Part shown: one piece after another, positions 19,897 to 31,532 of the stretch
How positions within the stretch are numbered: the stretch's first letter is position 1
How the letters are laid out: each line of letters opens with the position of its first letter
Source: an uncultured delta proteobacterium
GTDB taxonomy: Bacteria; Desulfobacterota; BSN033; UBA1163
Assembly (NCBI GenBank): GCA_963708295.1
Contig: CAVPSJ010000016.1
Location: 64,001 to 128,000 of the forward strand
Reading direction: 5' to 3'
DNA length: 64,000 bases
Position numbers and translations under genes: made by a program
The notes under the pieces: model-generated
Told to the model about the DNA's origin: nothing
What the model saw: only the letters and a program-made list of their open reading frames with translations
Database searches by the model: none

Positions 19897-20736
19897 ATGG
19901 CGATGAAGGTAAAGATTGCTGCGATCCAAACGCAAACTTTTTTGGAAGCCGACGAACAGAAAAAGAATATTGAAAAGGCAAGAGATTACGTAGCGGAAGC
20001 GGCGAGGCAGGGTGCAAAATTCATCTGCTTTCCTGAGACCTATCCGGGACCTTGGAAAGCCCCACTGAGCTATTCTCCTGTCGCGCCGTTGGAAGAGATG
20101 GCCTCCAAGTTCGGCGTCTACATCGTCGCGGGCGCCAACTGGCCCGTTCCGGGAAAACCGGACAGAGGGTATTGTTCTGAAATCCTTATAGGTCCGGGCG
20201 GATTGATCGGTCGGTATAATCGGACCATTCCCAAAGGCCCATGGATATACAAGGGGGGCCGATTTTGGGATTTCGATTATCTCGAAGACAGTGAATTGCC
20301 CGTCTTCGACACCCCTTTCTGCAAGGTTGGCCTTCTCATCTGCAGTGAAGTCTATGTCCCCGAGTTATCGCGCCTTCTTGCTTTAAAAGGGGCGGAGATC
20401 ATCTTTTTGCCGGCAGGGGTCTGCAAATACGAGCTTCACGAGACCTGGCGGAACCTCATCTGGTCAAGAGCGATCGAAAACCTCGCCTACACGGTGACAT
20501 GCCAGAATATTCTGGGGGCGGAGCATGGGCTTGCCATGATCTGTAGCCCCGAAGAGATCGTGGTCGAATCGAAGAAGCCCGGCATCTTTATGGCTGAGTG
20601 TGACATCGACCGAATTCGCTGGCTGAGAGACGAACGAGATCTGTACGGACCGCCCATGCCGTGGAGGACGAAACCGGGCGTTTTGCGTGACTGGCGCCGT
20701 CCCGAGCTGTTCCGAAAGAATTTTCCGGATTGGTGA
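19897..20736 (+). CDS. Carbon-nitrogen hydrolase (nitrilase superfamily)
   Basis: FPE, GLLICSE..PE..R.LALKGA, RAIEN; the catalytic Lys position reads YNRT. Confidence 0.88.
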   Translation: MAMKVKIAAIQTQTFLEADEQKKNIEKARDYVAEAARQGAKFICFPETYPGPWKAPLSYSPVAPLEEMASKFGVYIVAGANWPVPGKPDRGYCSEILIGPGGLIGRYNRTIPKGPWIYKGGRFWDFDYLEDSELPVFDTPFCKVGLLICSEVYVPELSRLLALKGAEIIFLPAGVCKYELHETWRNLIWSRAIENLAYTVTCQNILGAEHGLAMICSPEEIVVESKKPGIFMAECDIDRIRWLRDERDLYGPPMPWRTKPGVLRDWRRPELFRKNFPDW

Positions 20737-20849
20737 CAGGCATCCGCAAGAATGAAAGAGAATGAAATAGGTGTTGACCTTGGCGGACAAGGATGATAGA
20801 AGAAAAGATCTTCTTGCGGCTGGAGACTTCCGTCAAGGAGAAGCACGGC

Positions 20850-20957
20850 TGACCGGAGAGTACCCCGCAATCCCCCCCCTTCAGGGTGGGGCAAGGGGTA
20901 CAATATAAAAGAAACTACCATGCCGGAAAGCTCCGCCCTAAAGGGCGGAGAGCTTTA
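20850..20957. repeat. Palindrome-ended repeat family B, shortened copy
   Basis: TGACCGG...GGGGCAAGGGG...AAGCTCCGCCCTAAAGGGCGGAGAGCTTTA. Confidence 0.7.
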
Positions 20958-20981
20958 ATTTTACGATAAGAAAGGAGAGCA

Positions 20982-21953
20982 ATGATGAGAAATCGGACAG
21001 GGATAGGATCTTTAGCTATTTTCTTAGGCCTCATGATGTTGGCTCTTGGGTCTCAGTTCGTGCAGGCTCAAGAATACCCTACGAAACCAGTGGCGCTGAT
21101 CATCCCTTTTGGTGCGGGAGGATCTCATGACCTGACGGCTCGTGCCGTGACCAGTGTCGGCGCAGATCATCTGGGGCAGCCCGTACTCGTTCAACTCAAG
21201 CCCGGTGGCGGGGGAGCCATCGCATCGGATTTTGTAGTCAAGGCGGCGCCGGATGGTTATACGTTGCTTTTTGGCGGGTCAGGGCCGAATACCACTCTGC
21301 CGGCGATTGAGGGCAGGTCGAAAGGTCCTGACGATTTTGTGGCAGTGTGTCGCGTGAATTACAGCCCTGCGGTTATCATCGCTCGAGCGGATGCACCCTA
21401 TAAGACGTTTAAGGAAATGCTGGCATGGGCCAAGGCCAATCCCGGCAAACTCGTCTTCGGAAATACAGGACCCTGGGGAGCAGGCGATCTTTCCTGGAAG
21501 ATGATTATCAAAGAGACCGGCATCGAGACAAAGAACGTTCCCTATGATGGAGGCGGCCCGGCCTTGATGGCGCTTCTGGGCGGCCACGTGGATGTCTCCG
21601 GTCTCTTCTCAGCCCAGACGCTCCCCCATATCCAGGCAGGAAAGCTGAGGGCACTGGCGGTCACGGATACTCAGCGGGATCCTGCCATGAAGGATGTGCC
21701 GACATGTAGGGAGGCGGGGGCAAATATGGTGTATCTTATGTGGAGAGGTGTGGTTGCTCCAAAGGGGACGCCTCGTGCGGTGGTGGACAAACTGGCCGCA
21801 GCTTTCAAGAATATGACCGAAGACAAGTCGGTCGTTCCCATGATCAAGAAACTGGGTGATGAGATCAACTATCTGGGGCCCGATGAATTTGCCAAGTTCT
21901 GGCGGGAGGAGTTTGAGACTCAAAAAGAACTCGGTAAGATGTTCAAGAAATGA
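20982..21953 (+). CDS. Tripartite tricarboxylate transporter substrate-binding protein (Bug/TctC), orphan
   Basis: Signal peptide, YPTKPV..IIPFGAGG..D, PDGYTL, VPY.GGG.A. Confidence 0.93.
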   Translation: MMRNRTGIGSLAIFLGLMMLALGSQFVQAQEYPTKPVALIIPFGAGGSHDLTARAVTSVGADHLGQPVLVQLKPGGGGAIASDFVVKAAPDGYTLLFGGSGPNTTLPAIEGRSKGPDDFVAVCRVNYSPAVIIARADAPYKTFKEMLAWAKANPGKLVFGNTGPWGAGDLSWKMIIKETGIETKNVPYDGGGPALMALLGGHVDVSGLFSAQTLPHIQAGKLRALAVTDTQRDPAMKDVPTCREAGANMVYLMWRGVVAPKGTPRAVVDKLAAAFKNMTEDKSVVPMIKKLGDEINYLGPDEFAKFWREEFETQKELGKMFKK

Positions 21954-21962
21954 GAGGAGGTA

Positions 21963-22097
21963 TAAGCACCAAATCCCAAACACCAATAATCAAATAATGT
22001 AAATCCCAATCACCAAAATTCAAGAAAAATAGGGTTTCTTGGTTATTGGAGTTTGATGCTTGGATATTATTTGAAATTTGGTTATTGGAATTTGACT
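21963..22097. repeat. Imperfect inverted array of ~7-mer units (CCAAATC/CCAATAA ... TTGGTTA/TTGGAAT)
   Basis: C/A-rich half followed by its approximate complement; similar tracts at 36381-36447 and 58362-58520. Confidence 0.6.
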
Positions 22098-22160
22098 CGT
22101 AAGGGCCGCCGAAGGCAGGTTCTTTTTCAAATCGCGAATTTCTTGTGAGAGGAGTATTTC

Positions 22161-23176
22161 ATGAAGCATGATGCCATCGACATTCATACCCATGTTGAGT
22201 TTGCCGGTACCATGGACATTTTGAAGAAGACGATATACGGAAGAGGAGATCTTCGACCGTTTCACTTCTTCCGTTTCGGGTCGTCATTCGGCAGAACTCA
22301 ACAAAGAGCATCGTTGCGGGTATCCGGGATGCGTTGCGGGATCCTCAGAAGAAGATTCGCGACATGGATGAGAAAGGGATGGAAGTCTACATTCTCTCTT
22401 CGACCCCTTTCTCTTTCTTTTATGAAGTGGAGAACGACCTGGCCGTGGAGCTGGCCCGATACCACAATGACCAGCTTTCGGAGATGGTCAAGAAACATCC
22501 TGATCGCTTTGCAGCCGTGGCCACCCTTCCGCTGCAGGTCCCGGACGAAGCCGTGAAGGAGCTGGAGAGGGCGGTCAAAAAGCTGGGCCTTCGGGGTGTT
22601 GAAATCGGTTCGAATGTAGCCAAGCGGGAGTTGGGAGATGAAACCTTTTGGCCCATCTATAAGGCGCTGGAGGACCTGGGTGTGCCCATGTTCATCCATC
22701 CCCACCATGTCGCCGGGCTGGACCGGCTGATGGATTTTTATCTCAACAATCTTATCGGAAATCCTCTGGATACGACCATTGCCGCAACCCGGCTGATCTT
22801 CAGCGGGACGCTCGAGAAATTTCCTAAACTCAAGGTTGTCCTGGCCCACGGCGGCGGTCAATTTCCTTTCATCTTCGGAAGGATCGAGCATGGATACAAG
22901 GTCCGGCCGGAGCCAAAGGAGAAGGTTCATCAGCCTCCGCGGGCATTTTTGAAAAATCTCTATTTTGACACGATCACCCACAATCCCGACGCTCTCCGGT
23001 ATCTCATCGCCTTCGCCGGAAGCGATCATGTCCTCTTGGGGAGTGATTATCCTTACGATATGGGAGATCCGAATCCTGTCCAAACCGTTTCCAAACTTTC
23101 AGGGATCAAGGCAGCAGACCGGCGAAAGATCATGCGGGAGAATGCGATCGCGCTCTTTGGGTTGAAGGCTTCGTAG
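22161..23176 (+). CDS. Amidohydrolase-2 (ACMSD/LigW-like) protein; frameshift(s) ~22230-22330
   Basis: IDIHTH, FIHP, AHGGG, YFDT, GSDYPY motifs. Confidence 0.88.
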
Positions 23177-23284
23177 CCTCCGTCAGTTCTAAGTTCTTTC
23201 CCTTATCGTCGCATTCAATCGGCAACCATGCGGCTCTAAACTATAAGACTCTCAAACTAGAGACTTACCTTGGCAGACATTGTC

Positions 23285-23415
23285 AAACTAATACAAACGC
23301 AATAAATCTTATGACAATCAGCGAAATCGCCCCTCACCCCATCCCTCTCCACAGCGGGGAGAGGGGAGGGTGAGGGGGCTTCATGTCAAAAAAATAACTG
23401 CGTTTGTATTAGTTT
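23285..23415. repeat. MITE with perfect 17 bp terminal inverted repeats enclosing a CCCTCACCCC...GGGAGAGG palindrome
   Basis: AAACTAATACAAACGCA (23285-23301) / TGCGTTTGTATTAGTTT (23399-23415). Confidence 0.75.
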
Positions 23416-23721
23416 CTGACCTCCGCCTCCATTAGGGTGAATATATGGTTATCGTATCATAGCTTTTTTGAGGTATCGAAGGGTGCGGATTTATAGCGAG
23501 ACTGTAGGAAAAGTCCCTGAGCAGATTCTCGGGGAGATGCAGAAAAACATGACCACACAGAATGCGCCACAATCAACGATCTCACGATGATGAAGGATCA
23601 TGAGACCCCCCCCAAAACACCCGTTAACTCTACTGAAGGGTTTTTCGACAGTCTCAGCAGATAGTGAACCCTTTAGATCCTCCACGGGTGTTTTAAAGTT
23701 TGGTAGATCTCTGGCAAATGT

Positions 23722-25016
23722 TTACTTGAGGAACCACGATGCACGAATGATCGTTCCTTTTCCCTTGGTCGATTCGATGGCAAAAGAACCCCCCGAAAGC
23801 TCGATTCGTTCCCTCATGCTCGTAAGACCTAATCCCCGCTTCGTGCTATCCGAATCGAGCACTTTTTTCAGATCGAAACCCCGACCATTGTCTTCGAGAA
23901 CAAGTTCAATTCTCCCGTCCATCTTTCGCAAAGACAAATGGACAACATCTGCTTTGCTGTGCTTGGCGATGTTGTTCGTCGCTTCCTGCAAGACTCTGAA
24001 GATTGCTATCTTCAAGGGATCAACCACTTCATCTTCTTGGATATCGATCTCCTGTCTGATACGGATATGCGCATACGTTGATTCAAATTGTCGGCAGAAC
24101 CACTCGATGGTTGCCAAGATCCCAAGATCGTCCAGCATGGAAGGTCTTAGAGCCATCTGGATTCTTCGGGTTTCTTGAATTGTTTCCTGAAGGATGGGGA
24201 TCATACTCTCCACGGAGGCTCTTGTTGGGGATTGCTGTCTCCTACTTGCCCCAGTATATCTTCCACCTTGAATTTAGTGGCAGCCAGGGATGATCCGATA
24301 CTGTCGTGGATTTCCTGGGCAACCCGTCTTCTTTCTTTTTCCTGGGCAGTGAGGAGTTCCGTAGAGAGATGCCGAAGGTAACTTTCTGACTCCCGCAACT
24401 TATTTTCTATCTTTTGACGCTTATCAATCTCGGTCTTCAATTCTTCGTTAATTACCTCCAATTCCTGAGTTCGTTGATGAACACGAGTCTCCAACTCGTC
24501 ACGGCATTTTCTGAGTTCCTCCTCCATTTGCTTATGCCTGCTGATGTCGCGCACGACACTCACCACGAAGATGTCTTTCTCAATTTCCAACGGTCCAAGG
24601 GATATATCTAAGGGAAACTCGCTTCCGTCCTTCCTTCTGCCATATAGTTCCAACCCCATACCCATAGGACGGACATGAGGTTTATCAAAATAACTCTGCC
24701 GATGTTCTATATGCCTTTGCCTGAAGCGTTCCGGCATTAAAATCTCAACCGGCTTGTCGAGCATTTCATCTCGCCCGTAACCGAAAAGTCTTTCCGCCTG
24801 TGCGTTAACTTGAACGAGGTGTCCGTCACGGTTAACGACCACTATAGCATCGGGAGCAAATTCGAAGAGACCATGGTACATCGCCTTGGTTCTAACGAGT
24901 TCCTCGTAGGTCTTCTCGTGCTGATCCTTGATTTTTTCCAGCTCATTAATACGCTGACGCAATTTTATTAAATCGTTAATGAGCTGTTCCTTTGTCAGAT
25001 CTTCGTAGGTTGCCAT
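23722..25016 (-). CDS. PAS-domain NarX-type (HisKA_3) sensor histidine kinase; frameshift ~24210
   Basis: PAS (APDAIVVV...VNAQAERLFGY...RKDGSEFP), ERRRVAQEIHD, LRPSMLDDLG, QEA..NI.KH, DNG.GF, GLGL. Confidence 0.9.
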
Positions 25017-25521
25017 TTGCCCTTTCTATATCTTGAGATATCGATTCGGGCCGTGGGTTTTCAATCCATGACCCTTCATTTTTAACCATTCGGGTCATTA
25101 TAACCTGAATCCAGCGATAAAGAAAAAAAGGTACTTATTTAAAGTGAGCTATCGGCAGCATGGAGATGTCAAAGGAGAACTTCTGCTTTCACTCTGTGAT
25201 TCCTTTATTCACATGGGTATTTATAAGAAGAAACAAAAAAGGCAGCAATGAAGAATTCTAAGCGGTGAGTATCTTACCAATACAAATTGCCGGGGGAAAA
25301 TAAGGCAATACAAACCTCTGATCGTAGTGAATCGTTCTTACCCAAGGTACGGGATTTTTTAAAGAAAAATACATGCATCACCGTATTGATTCGTTTCGTA
25401 GAGGTGGTAGCTTGAAAATAGGCTCTAAAAGGCGTGAACTGTGAACCGAGGCTATTTTCAAAAGGGCAAAACCGCTGGAGCTGGATGGGGGCGTTCTTAT
25501 GGAGAAAGAGAGAAGAAAAAA

Positions 25522-28500
25522 ATGAAAGAGAAAAAGGACCGGTCCTCATCCTCTGCGGCCCTTGCCAGAGGTTCACAGCCAAATTCACCTGTGAGAAGGA
25601 CTCCCGGGACTGCGAAGATTAGCTCCAGAACGTCTCCTGCCAAACCCAAATCGAAGACAAACACCTCTTCAAAATCACCTGAGAAAGAGCTCCCGAAATC
25701 CAAATCGTTCATGATCGTTGGCATTGGCGCGTCTGCCGGTGGATTAGAGGCATTTGCTCAACTTCTCCGAAACCTCCCTGCCAATACCGGTATGGCCTTT
25801 GTGCTGGTCCAACATCTCGATCCGAAGCATGAGAGCGTGTTGACCGAACTTCTCTCCCGGAGAACGAATATCCCGGTCAACGAGGTAAAGGACGGGATGG
25901 CAGTGGAACCCGACCGTGTCTACGTCATGCCGCCCAACACGGATATGACCATTTCAGACGGGGTCCTGGGCCTGAGGCCCCGCACCGAGGTGCGCGGGCA
26001 TCATATGCCGATCGACCATTTTTTCCACTCCCTGGCGGAAGATCAAAAGGAGAATGCAATCGGGGTGATCCTGTCGGGAACGGCTTCGGATGGCGCGCTG
26101 GGACTCAGGGCAATCAAGGCAGAAGGAGGCATTACCTTTGCCCAGGACGAAAAATCGGCCAAATACGGCGGCATGCCGCATAGCGCCGTTGTGGCCGGTG
26201 CTGTCGATTTAGTTCTGCCCCCGGAGGGGATTGCAAAGGAGCTGGTCAGAATCAGCCGTCATCCTTATCCCCGGGCCTATCTTCCGGGCAGAGCCGTGAC
26301 ACTGGCGAAGACTATAGAGGCAGAAGACTCCTTTCCCAAAAATGGGAATGATCTTGGCAAGATTCTCACCCTCCTTGAGTCCTCCAGCGGCGTGAATTTT
26401 ACATATTACAAGCCTTCGACGCTCAAACGGCGGATCCTGCGGCGCATGGCTATTTGCAAAATGAAAGACATGAAAGATTACAGCAAGCATCTTCAGGAAA
26501 ACCCTGCTGAATTGGAAGCCCTGTACCATGACGTTCTGATCAATGTGACCGGCTTTTTCCGGGATCCTGAAACATTTGAAGCCCTGAAGGCAAAGGTCTT
26601 TCCCGAGATCACAAAAAATCGAGGACCGCAGACGCCGATCCGGGTATGGGTGCCTGGATGTTCCACCGGCGAGGAGGCCTACTCGCTCGCCATCTCCCTG
26701 GTTGAGTTCCTGGGGAAAAAAGCCACGAATATCCCCATCCAGATCTTTGCCACGGATCTCAGTGACGAGGTCATCAATAAAGCCCGCTCCGGCAGATACC
26801 CGGAGAACATTGCACAGGATCTCTCTCCGGAACGTCTGGAGCGCTTCTTTGTCAAGGTGGATGGCAGCTATCAGGTCAGCAAATCCATCCGGGAGATGTG
26901 CGTCTTTGCCAAGCATGACCTGACCCGGGACCCCCCTTTCTCGAATCTCGATCTCATCAGTTGCCGTAATGTGCTGATCTATATGGGGCCGGTTCTGCAG
27001 AAACGGGCCATGAGGGTTTTTCACTACGCCCTCAAACCGACCGGATTTCTCCTGCTTGGGAAGTCGGAGGCGATCGGCAGGTTCCCGGATCTCTTTGCCT
27101 CTGTGGACAGAAAATATAGGATCTATTCCAAGAAGCCGAGCTCAACCCGGCTTGACCTCGACCTTCCCAGTGCGATGTCCGGCTTCAAGAAGACCGATAT
27201 CAGCCGCGAAACGGGTGAGGCAGGATTCGATTTCAAGAAAGAGGCTGAGCGCATCCTCCTGTCGAAAGCCCCTGCCGGTGTCGTCGTCAATGACCGCCTG
27301 GAAATCCTTCACTTCCAGGGACAGACCGGCCTTTATCTTGAGCATTCACCGGGAGACGCGAGCTTTAACCTTCTAAAGATGGCCCGAGAGGGTATACGGC
27401 TGCCGCTGCGCACGGCGATCCACGAGGCGAAGAAGCAGGCTGCCCCTGTGAGGAATGAGGGTTTACAGGTCAAATTCAACGGTCAATTCAGAGAGGTAAA
27501 TCTGGAGGTCATCCCGCTCAAGGCCCCTCACCCGGGTGAAGGCTACTATCTGATCCTGTTTGAGGATCGCACCGCCCGCCCTACGCGTGAGCCCGGGACA
27601 AGAGCACTCCCTCATGCGAGAGGCAAGGTAAGGCCGGGACAGGCAAAGAGGAGGAGAAGAAAATGCCGAAGTCGCCCGATTGGAAGAGGAGCTTGAGGCA
27701 ACGAAGAAACATCTCCAGTCGATTATTGAGGAGTCCGATACCCTGAACGAGGAGATGAGGGCTGCCAATGAGGAGGTTCTGTCGAGCAACGAGGAGCTCC
27801 AAAGCCTCAACGAGGAACTGGAAACATCCAAAGAAGAACTTGAGTCGGCCAATGAGGAGCTGACGACGCTCAACGATGAGCTGCAAAACCGGAATATGGC
27901 ACTGGACCAGCTCAATAACGACATGATCAATCTGCTTACGAGCGTCAATCTCCCTGTCATCATGTTAGGAAGCGATCTTCGCATCCGACGTTTCACCCCG
28001 GTTGCAGAGAAATTGCTCAACATAGCGGCTACCGATGTAGGGCGTTCCATCCTTCACATCCGGCTCGGTATGAACGTCCCCGACTTGGAGACATCGATTC
28101 TGGAGGTCGTTAACACAGGCGCCACCAAAGAAGAAGAGGTTCAGGACCGGGAGGGTGTCTGGTATTCCATGCGGATAAGGCCCTACAGGACTCTGGAAAA
28201 CAGGATTGACGGTGCCGTTCTGACATGGGTTGATATCAATGCGCTCAAACGGAGCCTGGAGCAGATAAAAGAGTCGCGTGATTACGCTGAAGCGATCGTG
28301 GAGACGGTTCGGGAACCTCTCATCGTCCTGGACGGGGACCTGCGTGTGAAGACGGCGAACCGCTCTTTTTACCAGATATTCCAGACCTCGCCCGAGGAGA
28401 CAGAAGGCCGTCTGATTTACGAACTCGGCAACCGGCAGTGGGAAATGCCGGAACTCAGAAAACTGCTGGAGGAGATTCTCCCCAAGAACACTTCATTCAA

Positions 28501-29341
28501 GGACTTTGAGGTTGAACATGATTTTCCTGCGATCGGGCGCAGGATCATGCTGCTTAATGCCAGACGCATCGCTCAAAGGGGCAACGGGACGCAGATGATC
28601 CTTCTTGCCATGGAGGATGTCACAGAGCGTAAGCAGATGGAGAAAATATTGAGGGATTCTTTAGAGGATTCCCGGCATGTCTCCTCCCGGGCTCTGGAAG
28701 TACATGAAAGAGAAAGAAAACGGGTGGCCCATGACATCCACGACGGCATCGGGCAATCTTTGCTAACTGCCAAAATGAAGGTACACGATGCTCTGCAACA
28801 GGCCTTCGGATCCAACTCCGAACCAGGATCCAGGATCTCTGAAACCATCGACGCAATTCTTCAAGAAAACATCGCCGAAATCCGAAGGCTCTACATGGGA
28901 CTGCGACCCGCCACCCTCGATGATCTGGGTATTCTGCCGACCATTACGTGGTTCTGCCGGGAGTTCCAGAGCACTTATCCCGGCATTCGCCTCGAAACAG
29001 AAATCGAGATAGAAGAAGAAAAAGTCCATCCTCTTCTAAAAACAACAATCTACAGAGTCATGCAGGAAGCATTGAAAAACGTTGCAGAGCACAGCAAGGC
29101 AGATCTTGTCCATCTTTCATTGAGCAATATCGGCGATAAGGTCCAATTGATTATTAAGGATAACGGTCAGGGCTTCAATGTCGAGGAAGTCCTTTCTGCC
29201 GAAAGTCCCAAAAGGGGATTCGGCCTTACCAGCATGAGAGAGAGGACTGAGATTTCGGGTGGAGTTTTTGCCGTTGAGTCGGTCAAAGGGAAAGGGACTA
29301 CCATCACGGCTTCATGGAAAGCCACAACTGCGCCGCAATAG
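25522..29341 (+). CDS. CheB-CheR-coiled coil-PAS-HisKA_3 fusion kinase; frameshift ~27660
   Basis: GASAGG/VQH/LSGTASDG (CheB), VTGFFRD/GCSTGEEAYS/CRNVLIY (CheR), EELQSLNEELETSKEEL repeat, PAS, ERKRVAHDIHD kinase. Confidence 0.9.
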
Positions 29342-29727
29342 CCGAGATCATTCTACCCCTATGATGATCTGGGCGTCCAAGGAGTCTAATGGGATCTGCT
29401 ACCACCAAATGGTCCAAAGCAGAACCGATCCGTCCAAATACCCCTGCGGTTCGCAATCTGATTCATCAATACCATGAGGGCAGTCATCATCCGTACGGTT
29501 CTTTCACAAATTTCGTGGGTGACACACGCTCTTACCCATAGTCACCTTTGCAATATTATTGAGAACTGGATAGCAGAATCTTCAAAGGAACCGTCATAGA
29601 GTTTTGGCGATAGATCGCCCGGCGCTGCCATTATCTTTGTGTTTTAGCCGGCCCAGTACACCCACCTGCCTCCTGTATAGTCTTTTATCCAAGGGTGTGG
29701 TTTATTGAACTGGCAAGGTTAACTTCT

Positions 29728-31036
29728 TCAGCGGTTCTCTTTTCGCTGGCGAAAGAGTACGTGTTCGAGGAGCAGGGAAAAGAGGATGCCCATCACCAGG
29801 CTATTTCCGACCAGGGACGCGATGACGTTCGGAAAGAGCTGAAAGAATGGCTTGGGGATGATGGAAATCATCGCCCCCATGAGGATTGGAATCCCTACGG
29901 TGAAATAGTCCCTCCGTTCGATCGCTCCCTTTCCCCGAGAGCATCACATTAATACCCACCAGGAGCTGAGAGGAGAGAGCAACGAAAAGGACGGAACCGA
30001 TCACGGAAGGTGGAATTGCGGTAAGAACGGCCCATAGCTTGGGAATAAAAGCACAGACGATCATGATTGCTCCGCTCATGGTGAGCACATAACGACTGGC
30101 CACTCGCGTCACCAGGACGATTCCCGGACTGATGGAAAGGCTCACGAGGCCTGCGACTCCCAAAATTCCTGCGATCACCCCCCCGACACCGTTCATGCCG
30201 ATGCCTCGATGGATCCGATCTTCCAGACCTTCTGTTCCGACCACTTCGGAGATTCCCTGGATACTTCCCAACGAGTTTGCCGTAACCGCCAAATAGGTGC
30301 AGACGATGGCCAGGATTGCCGGTAAGGAGAAGCTTGGCCATACTCCTAAGAAAGGCGACGGCAGGGCGAACCAGCTTGACTGGCCGATCAGACTAAATGA
30401 AATTCTTCCCTGAAGAAGAAAAAGGACCAGGCCGAATAAGATCCCGGCCAGCATGGAGGTGGTTTGCAGGAATCCTCGTAACCGGTGGGACATGAAGGCA
30501 ACGAGGAGGATGATGAGAAGAGAAATTCCAAAAACACTCAGCTCTCCATTGGGAGAAGCCTTGTTGATGCCGATGAGCAAGGGGGAGATGAAAGAGAGCA
30601 GGGTGAGCGCCACCAGGATTAAGATCACCCCCACCACATGAGGCGTAAAGAGAGACGAAAGCCATTTAAGCCATTTAAATACTCCGATGAGTATCAGAAA
30701 AAGGCCTCCGAAAATCATCCCGCCCTCGATCACAGGAAGCCCGCCTTGAGGAGCCAAAACCAAAAACGTTACCAAAATGGCCGAGGAGGGTCCTTCCAGC
30801 ACAGGGTACCGGTGACCGATCAAGCTCTGAAGCATGGTCATCAGACCTGCAGCGATCAGCAGACGTTGCGAGAAGCTGATCTGGCCTGCGGGATCAAGCC
30901 CCAGGGCCACCCCGCAGAGGGTAGAGAAAAAGACCACCGTTGGAATGGACGTCATGACCCATTGAAGGCCATAAATTAGATTCTTATGGAAAGGCGGCCT
31001 TTCATTCAATTGATAAAGGAAGGTTTCTTGTCCCAA
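29728..31036 (-). CDS. NCS2 (uracil/xanthine) permease; frameshift ~29935
   Basis: YGLQW, GH.YP..EGPS, SISPG...TRVASRY, AIPPSVIG; the C-terminus continues in another frame to TGA 29728. Confidence 0.88.
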
Positions 31037-31343
31037 CGGTCCTTCACCTCTCAGATTAGACGAGTAATGGGCCCCACTGCCCTGCAGCGGGGAGCTTGAC
31101 AGCTACGTCCGTAGCTTTTCCAGCACATCTCGGGCGTTAGTAGACTTGTCTCTAAACGGGGCATAACACGGGCAAATAGGTTTCTACTTTTTTCTGCTCA
31201 GTATGGAAAAGAGAATAGCATGGGGCCACTCTTCGTGCAATTACGAAATTTGCACTTCACCTCGATGGGGGTGTTGAAGAGTAAGGATTTGACCTTCTCA
31301 TTCGTACGTTCCGGCGAGGAAAAGCTTGGGGAGTAAGCACCAC

Positions 31344-31378
31344 TTTGTCATTGACAAATCGTTTTAATTTGTTTTAAT
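31344..31378 (+). promoter_or_regulatory. Sigma70-like promoter with an overlapping palindromic operator candidate
   Basis: TTGACA (31351) and TGt-TTTAAT; TTTGTCA-T-TGACAAA palindrome covers the -35 box. Confidence 0.5.
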
Positions 31379-31532
31379 TGATTCAAGGTCAAGGCCAACG
31401 ATAAAATCTCAGAATGGCTTGGGCTAGAGTGCCGTTTGGGTTGATGGCTCCCAAGACAACTCCTCGATGGAGTTGTTCAGGGCGTGTCGTTAAAGTGCGA
31501 TTCTTGAAAGAAGATCAAAGGAGGATAAGAAA

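Noticed and set aside
23600-24178. 192 aa plus-strand ORF
   Set aside because: Antisense to the histidine kinase ATPase domain
31037-31340. Purine riboswitch upstream of the NCS2 permease
   Set aside because: No recognisable aptamer consensus; the hairpins present belong to repeat families
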